Of a stretch of 64,000 nucleotides of DNA, positions 60,106 to 64,000 are shown piece after piece. Every line of letters starts with the position of its first letter. The first letter of the stretch is position 1. Origin of the DNA: an uncultured delta proteobacterium (lineage in GTDB: Bacteria > Myxococcota > Myxococcia > SLRQ01); contig CAVSGM010000011.1 of NCBI GenBank assembly GCA_963727485.1, positions 32,001-96,000 of the forward strand, written 5' to 3'. The position numbers and the translations under genes were made by a program. Below the pieces are notes generated by a model. It ran no database searches. It saw only the letters and a list, made by a program, of their open reading frames with translations, and had not been told where the DNA came from.

Positions 60106-60774
60106 TCAGCGCCGCCCGTAGTCGAGCGGCGTCCCCTGGCGCTGGGCGAGGATGTAGGCCTCCAGGGCCCGCATCCTCGCTCCGTCCGGGTCGAAGCCCG
60201 GACCCCGCACCGGCTGCTCCGCGCACCAGTTGATCATGTCGCGGAGCAGCGCCACCCGCCCCAGCTGCACCTGGAACTTGGGGTAGGTCTCGGGGTGGGT
60301 GTTGGCGGCGTCGGGGTGGCACATGTCGCAGCTCACCGCGACGGTGCTCCCCAGCTCGTCGGCGCTGTGGAAGATCTTCGAGCCCATGGCCACCAGCTTC
60401 CGGGTCTCCCGGTCCCAGGTGGCCACGTCGGCGGCGGTGATCTGGCCGGAGGTGGCCCCCTGGCCCCGGCCCACGACGCCCGAGTTGTCCGCCGGCGGCT
60501 TGATGACGTGGCGGGCGTGCTGCTCGGCGACCCAGTCGCTCTCCGGGTGCATCCGCTGCCACTGGGCCATGATCGCCGCGGCCACCTTCACCCCGTTGTC
60601 GTGGGTGGGGTGGGCGGTGGCCTCGGCCATGGCGTCCTTCACCGCCGGGGTGGCCATGGGCGTGGGCTGCGCCTCGGCCCGGGGGGCCTGGTCGTGGGTG
60701 CAGCCGGCGACGACGATCGCCGCCGTGGCTGCAAGGAGGGTCCCCATCCTTCGGGTCACCGCGTGCGCGTCCAT
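60106..60774 (-). CDS. Monoheme cytochrome c lipoprotein, SoxA/TsdA-like
   Basis: Lipobox VAGC; CDMCH...TYPKFQVQLGRVALLRDMINWC...G....DG..MRALEAYI. Confidence 0.78.
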   Translation of the reverse strand: MDAHAVTRRMGTLLAATAAIVVAGCTHDQAPRAEAQPTPMATPAVKDAMAEATAHPTHDNGVKVAAAIMAQWQRMHPESDWVAEQHARHVIKPPADNSGVVGRGQGATSGQITAADVATWDRETRKLVAMGSKIFHSADELGSTVAVSCDMCHPDAANTHPETYPKFQVQLGRVALLRDMINWCAEQPVRGPGFDPDGARMRALEAYILAQRQGTPLDYGRR

Positions 60775-60785
60775 CGTCCCCTCCG

Positions 60786-61916
60786 TCAGTAGCTGGTGAG
60801 GTTGGGCCTGGCCGGGGCGGCGCGGCGGCCGCGGCTTGCGAGGTACCGGGCCCGCACCGTCACCGGGTTGCGGTTCCAGAGGTTGTAGACCTTGTCCACC
60901 AGGCCGTCCGGGTGGACCAGCGCCGTCCCGTCGCCGCAGCCGTCGCTCGGGTTGAAGGGGTCGGGGCGGTTCATCTGCACCGTGAGCGCCGGCAGCCCCT
61001 CGGGGGCGTAGGGCCAGGGCCAGGCGGTGGAGAGCATCCCGTGGAAGTCGATGTTGCCGATGCGGTTGGTGAGCAGCTGGTGGGTGTGGCCGTGGATCAC
61101 GGTCACGTGGCGGAAACGCTTGAGGATCGCCTGGACCTCCTCGGCGTCCACGGTCCAGAAGTTCCAGGGCTCGTAGTACTTGTAGAGGGGCGAGTGGCTG
61201 AAGACGATCACCGGGGTGGTCGCGCGCACCTTCGCCAGGTCGGCCTTGAGCCACGCCCGCTGGGGCGCGCCCACCTCGAAGCGGCTCTGGATCCCGTTGT
61301 CGAGGCCGGCGACGGTCTGCATCCGCTCCATGGGCGTCAGGTTGCGCTGGGTCCAGAAGTCCTGCTCCACCACGCTGTTGAGGACCACGAAGTGCACGCC
61401 CTTGTGGTCGAAGCTGTAGGTGGGCTTGCCGAACATCTCCCGCCACTTCTGGCCGAGGTCGAAGTACCAGTCGTGCTCGCCGACCATCATGTGGACCGGC
61501 GCCTTGAGGTGCTTGAGGATGGACGCGCCGAGCTCGAGCTCGGCGCCCTGGCCGAGCTGGGCGAGGTCGCCGCCGTAGAGGACGAAGTCGGGCTGGGGGT
61601 CGAGGGCGTTCACGTCGTCCACCGCCCGGAGCAGGCCGTTGACGAAGCGGTCGTTGACGGCCTTCTCGTAGAGGTGGGAGTCGGAGATGTAGGCGATGCG
61701 GAAGCCCGTCTGCTTCCCGTCGCCCTCGGCGGCGTAGGCGACGTCGATGGGCATGAACGAGTGGGGGAACCACAGGTCCTTGGCGAGGACGGCGCCGGCG
61801 GCGGCGAGCGACACCCGGAGGAAGTCCCGGCGGTCCAGGTGGGCGAGGCCCCGGAACAGGCCCTGGCGCTCGCGCTCGTGCTTCGTCTCCACGCTCTCGA
61901 TCTTCGGGCGCTTCAT
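60786..61916 (-). CDS. Tat-exported calcineurin-like metallophosphoesterase
   Basis: DRRDFLR Tat motif; ISDSH, GGDLAQ, VGEHD, FSHSP, HGHTH. Confidence 0.88.
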   Translation of the reverse strand: MKRPKIESVETKHERERQGLFRGLAHLDRRDFLRVSLAAAGAVLAKDLWFPHSFMPIDVAYAAEGDGKQTGFRIAYISDSHLYEKAVNDRFVNGLLRAVDDVNALDPQPDFVLYGGDLAQLGQGAELELGASILKHLKAPVHMMVGEHDWYFDLGQKWREMFGKPTYSFDHKGVHFVVLNSVVEQDFWTQRNLTPMERMQTVAGLDNGIQSRFEVGAPQRAWLKADLAKVRATTPVIVFSHSPLYKYYEPWNFWTVDAEEVQAILKRFRHVTVIHGHTHQLLTNRIGNIDFHGMLSTAWPWPYAPEGLPALTVQMNRPDPFNPSDGCGDGTALVHPDGLVDKVYNLWNRNPVTVRARYLASRGRRAAPARPNLTSY

Positions 61917-61920
61917 CGCC

Positions 61921-63312
61921 TCACTCCTTCCCCGCGGGGGTGCCCTGGACGCGCTGCTCGAAGGGCAGGACCTTGCGCTGGGCCAGCGCATCGTCCCGGA
62001 ACGGCCGCTTCCCCTCGTCGATGGCGATGTGGCGCTGGGCCGCCTCCTCCCGGGCGTTGTCGGCGGCGAGGCGGTCGTCGGTGAGGGTGAAGAGGAAGGC
62101 GACCAGGTCGTTCACCTCGGCCTCGGTGAGCGCCAACGGCTCGATGCCCCCGTCGAGGAACGGGTTGGCGTCGCCGCCCTTGTTGTAGTGGTCGACGACG
62201 TCCCAGAGGGTGCGCATGGAGCCGTCGTGCATGTAGGGCGCGGTGATGCCCACGTTGGTGACCTGGAGGGTCTTGAAGGCGCCGATGTCGGCGCGGTCCT
62301 TGGTGACCAGGAACCGCCCGAGCTCGGACATGTCGGTCTCGAGCGCCAGGCGATCGACCTCGTGGATGCCGCCGTCCTTGGCCAGGGCCGTGAGGGCCTT
62401 CACCGCCAGGCCCTCGAAGTCCTGGTGGAGGGCGGCGACGCCGAGGTTGTGGAACCGGTTGTCGGTGCCCACGGGGTTGGTGGGGCTGATCGGGTGGCAG
62501 CTCACGCACCTTGCCTTGCCGTTGTAGAGGATCCACCCGCGCTTCGCCGACTCGGAGATGGCGCTCTGGTCCCCGGCGACGAAGCGGCGGAACGGCGAGT
62601 CGAGGAAGACCAGGGTGCGCTCGAAGGCGGCGATGGCCTTGCCGGTGTCGGTGTAGTTGGGCGCGTGGCCGTAGGCGGCCTGGAACATCGGCGCGTAGGC
62701 GGGCTCGGCGGCGAGCGCCCGCTCCACCGCCTTGGCGTTGGGCTGGCCCATCTCGATGGGGTTGACCAGGGGCAGCTCCGCCTGCTTCTCCAGGCTCGCG
62801 GCCCGGCCGTCGAGGAACTGGGTCTGGAGAAAGAGGGCGTTGAGGGTGGTCGGGGCGTTGCGCTTGCCCAGCTGCCCGTGGATGCCCTCGGAGGTCGGCC
62901 GCTGGTCGGTGAAGCCCCGGCTCACGTCGTGGCAGGTGGCGCAGGAGACGGTGCCGTCGGCGGAGAGCTTGGGATCGAAGTAGAGCTTCCTGCCCAGCGC
63001 CACCCGCTCGGGGGTCATGGCGTTGTCCTTGGGGACGAGCTCGGCCCAGACCACCGGGTCGATGTCCTTGGGCCTCGTCGCCACCGCGCGGCCCTTCACC
63101 AGGGCGTCGAAGCGCTGCTCCTGCTCGGCCTCGGCGAGGGCCCCGTGGGGCGCGAGCTGGCCCTCGGGGACGGTGGGCGAGATGTCGGTCCGGGACGGCG
63201 TCCCCTGGGCCCCGGCACCCTGGGCCACCCCGACCGCGGCGGTGATGATGATGGCGACAGTGGCGGCCATGGCCACCACGTCCACGCGACACGTCCCCCC
63301 GGTCTTGCGCAT
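61921..63312 (-). CDS. Diheme bCcP/MauG-family enzyme (MauG-like Tyr ligand)
   Basis: LGRKLYFDPKLS, CATCH, RNAPT, QFLDGRA, NPIEM, CVSCH, TAPYMHDG...VVDHY. Confidence 0.9.
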   Translation of the reverse strand: MRKTGGTCRVDVVAMAATVAIIITAAVGVAQGAGAQGTPSRTDISPTVPEGQLAPHGALAEAEQEQRFDALVKGRAVATRPKDIDPVVWAELVPKDNAMTPERVALGRKLYFDPKLSADGTVSCATCHDVSRGFTDQRPTSEGIHGQLGKRNAPTTLNALFLQTQFLDGRAASLEKQAELPLVNPIEMGQPNAKAVERALAAEPAYAPMFQAAYGHAPNYTDTGKAIAAFERTLVFLDSPFRRFVAGDQSAISESAKRGWILYNGKARCVSCHPISPTNPVGTDNRFHNLGVAALHQDFEGLAVKALTALAKDGGIHEVDRLALETDMSELGRFLVTKDRADIGAFKTLQVTNVGITAPYMHDGSMRTLWDVVDHYNKGGDANPFLDGGIEPLALTEAEVNDLVAFLFTLTDDRLAADNAREEAAQRHIAIDEGKRPFRDDALAQRKVLPFEQRVQGTPAGKE

Positions 63313-63437
63313 CGGTCCCCCCGGCTCGATGGGCGCGCCCCGGCCAGGCCGCGGCGCTTGGGCAACCCTACGTCATTCACCGTGGGGGACAAGGCGGGGC
63401 TGATCCCCAGGGATGGGATCCCGGTTACCCTCTTGCC

Positions 63438-63890
63438 GTGCCCACCCACCTGGAGAGCTATCGCCCGCTGCTCCCCGCCCTCGCCGCCGAGGGTGACGAT
63501 CCACGGGCCTGCCTGGAGGCGCTGGGTGTCGATCCGGACGCCGAGGTCGGGGACGGGGCGGAGCGCGTCGCCGAAGGGCTCCTCGCCGCCGGGATCGCCC
63601 GGCGCGGCGACGCCTTTGCGCTGCGCGCCGGCGCCTGCCTCGACCTCGGCGACCTCGGGCTCTACGGCTACGCCTGCCTCACCGCTCCGGACCTGGGGAC
63701 GGCGCCGAGGTGGTGCCGCGGGCGGTGACCTTCGCCCACGCCGCCCCCGAGGACGCCCGGGCATTTCGGGCGCGGTTCCGGGCGCCGGTGGTCTTCGGGG
63801 CGCCGCGCCACGCCGTGGTGCTCCCCCGGGCGCGCCACGGCCACCCGGCGCTCGCCGCCTACTTCGAGGCCGAGGCCGCGCCGGCCATCG
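63438..63890 (+). pseudogene. Degenerate AraC-family (OruR/ArgR-type ligand-binding domain) remnant
   Basis: GDLGLYGYACLTAPDLGTA, then in another frame VTFAHAAP...FRAPVVFGAPRHAVVL...HPALAAYFE; internal segments and the HTH are missing. Confidence 0.6.
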
Positions 63891-63943
63891 GCATCGGGGC
63901 CCGATGTGCAGTAGGGTGGCCGCCCAGCCAGGAGGAACCCGAC

Positions 63944-64000
63944 ATGCGCCCGTCCCACTCGATCCCCGCCGTCCTCGCCGCCGGCGCCCTGCTCGCCGGG
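63944..64000 (+). CDS. Start of a probable secreted protein or lipoprotein (3'-partial)
   Basis: GGAGGA RBS; MRPSHSIPAVLAAGALLAG runs off the window. Confidence 0.55.
   Translation, partial: MRPSHSIPAVLAAGALLAG

Noticed and set aside
61921..63312. Classical cytochrome c peroxidase or true mauG
   Set aside because: Tyr rather than Met at the distal ligand position, no bridging Trp, and no methylamine dehydrogenase genes in the window.

Overview
A very GC-rich bacterial chromosomal window. The Cys-rich lipoproteins with DGG linkers and the RRM protein suggest Myxococcota or a related deltaproteobacterium (inference). It holds about 65 genes and no recognisable rRNA, tRNA, CRISPR array or transposase. 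Main loci: an ICMT-type methyltransferase plus flavin monooxygenase; an ECF42 sigma factor with three DGPF/YciI genes and a matching promoter; arsR-arsP-thioredoxin; LysR divergent from dabB-dabA-hypothetical-purK-purE; an OmpR-type two-component system with a PepSY gene; ArsR-Trx/Grx-groES-Trx-trxB; SRPBCC-DoxX-BtaA-like-LigB; feoAAB; a methyltransferase-HNH fusion; truncated ada-alkA plus ogt; an orphan pstS with Pho boxes; a duplicated lipoprotein-plus-fibre module divergent from an O-antigen-ligase-like gene; an RRM gene with a structured leader; and a periplasmic three-gene operon. About seven otherwise intact genes carry single-base frameshifts, most likely long-read assembly errors. Best candidates for undescribed systems: (1) the operon at 60106-63312, a MauG-type His/Tyr diheme enzyme lacking the bridging Trp, a Tat-exported phosphoesterase with a WPW motif, and a SoxA/TsdA-like cytochrome; (2) a DAB bicarbonate pump in one gene string with the bicarbonate-using purK-purE; (3) the duplicated lipoprotein-fibre adhesin module with variable tips. 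All family calls come from motif recognition by eye, with no database searches.
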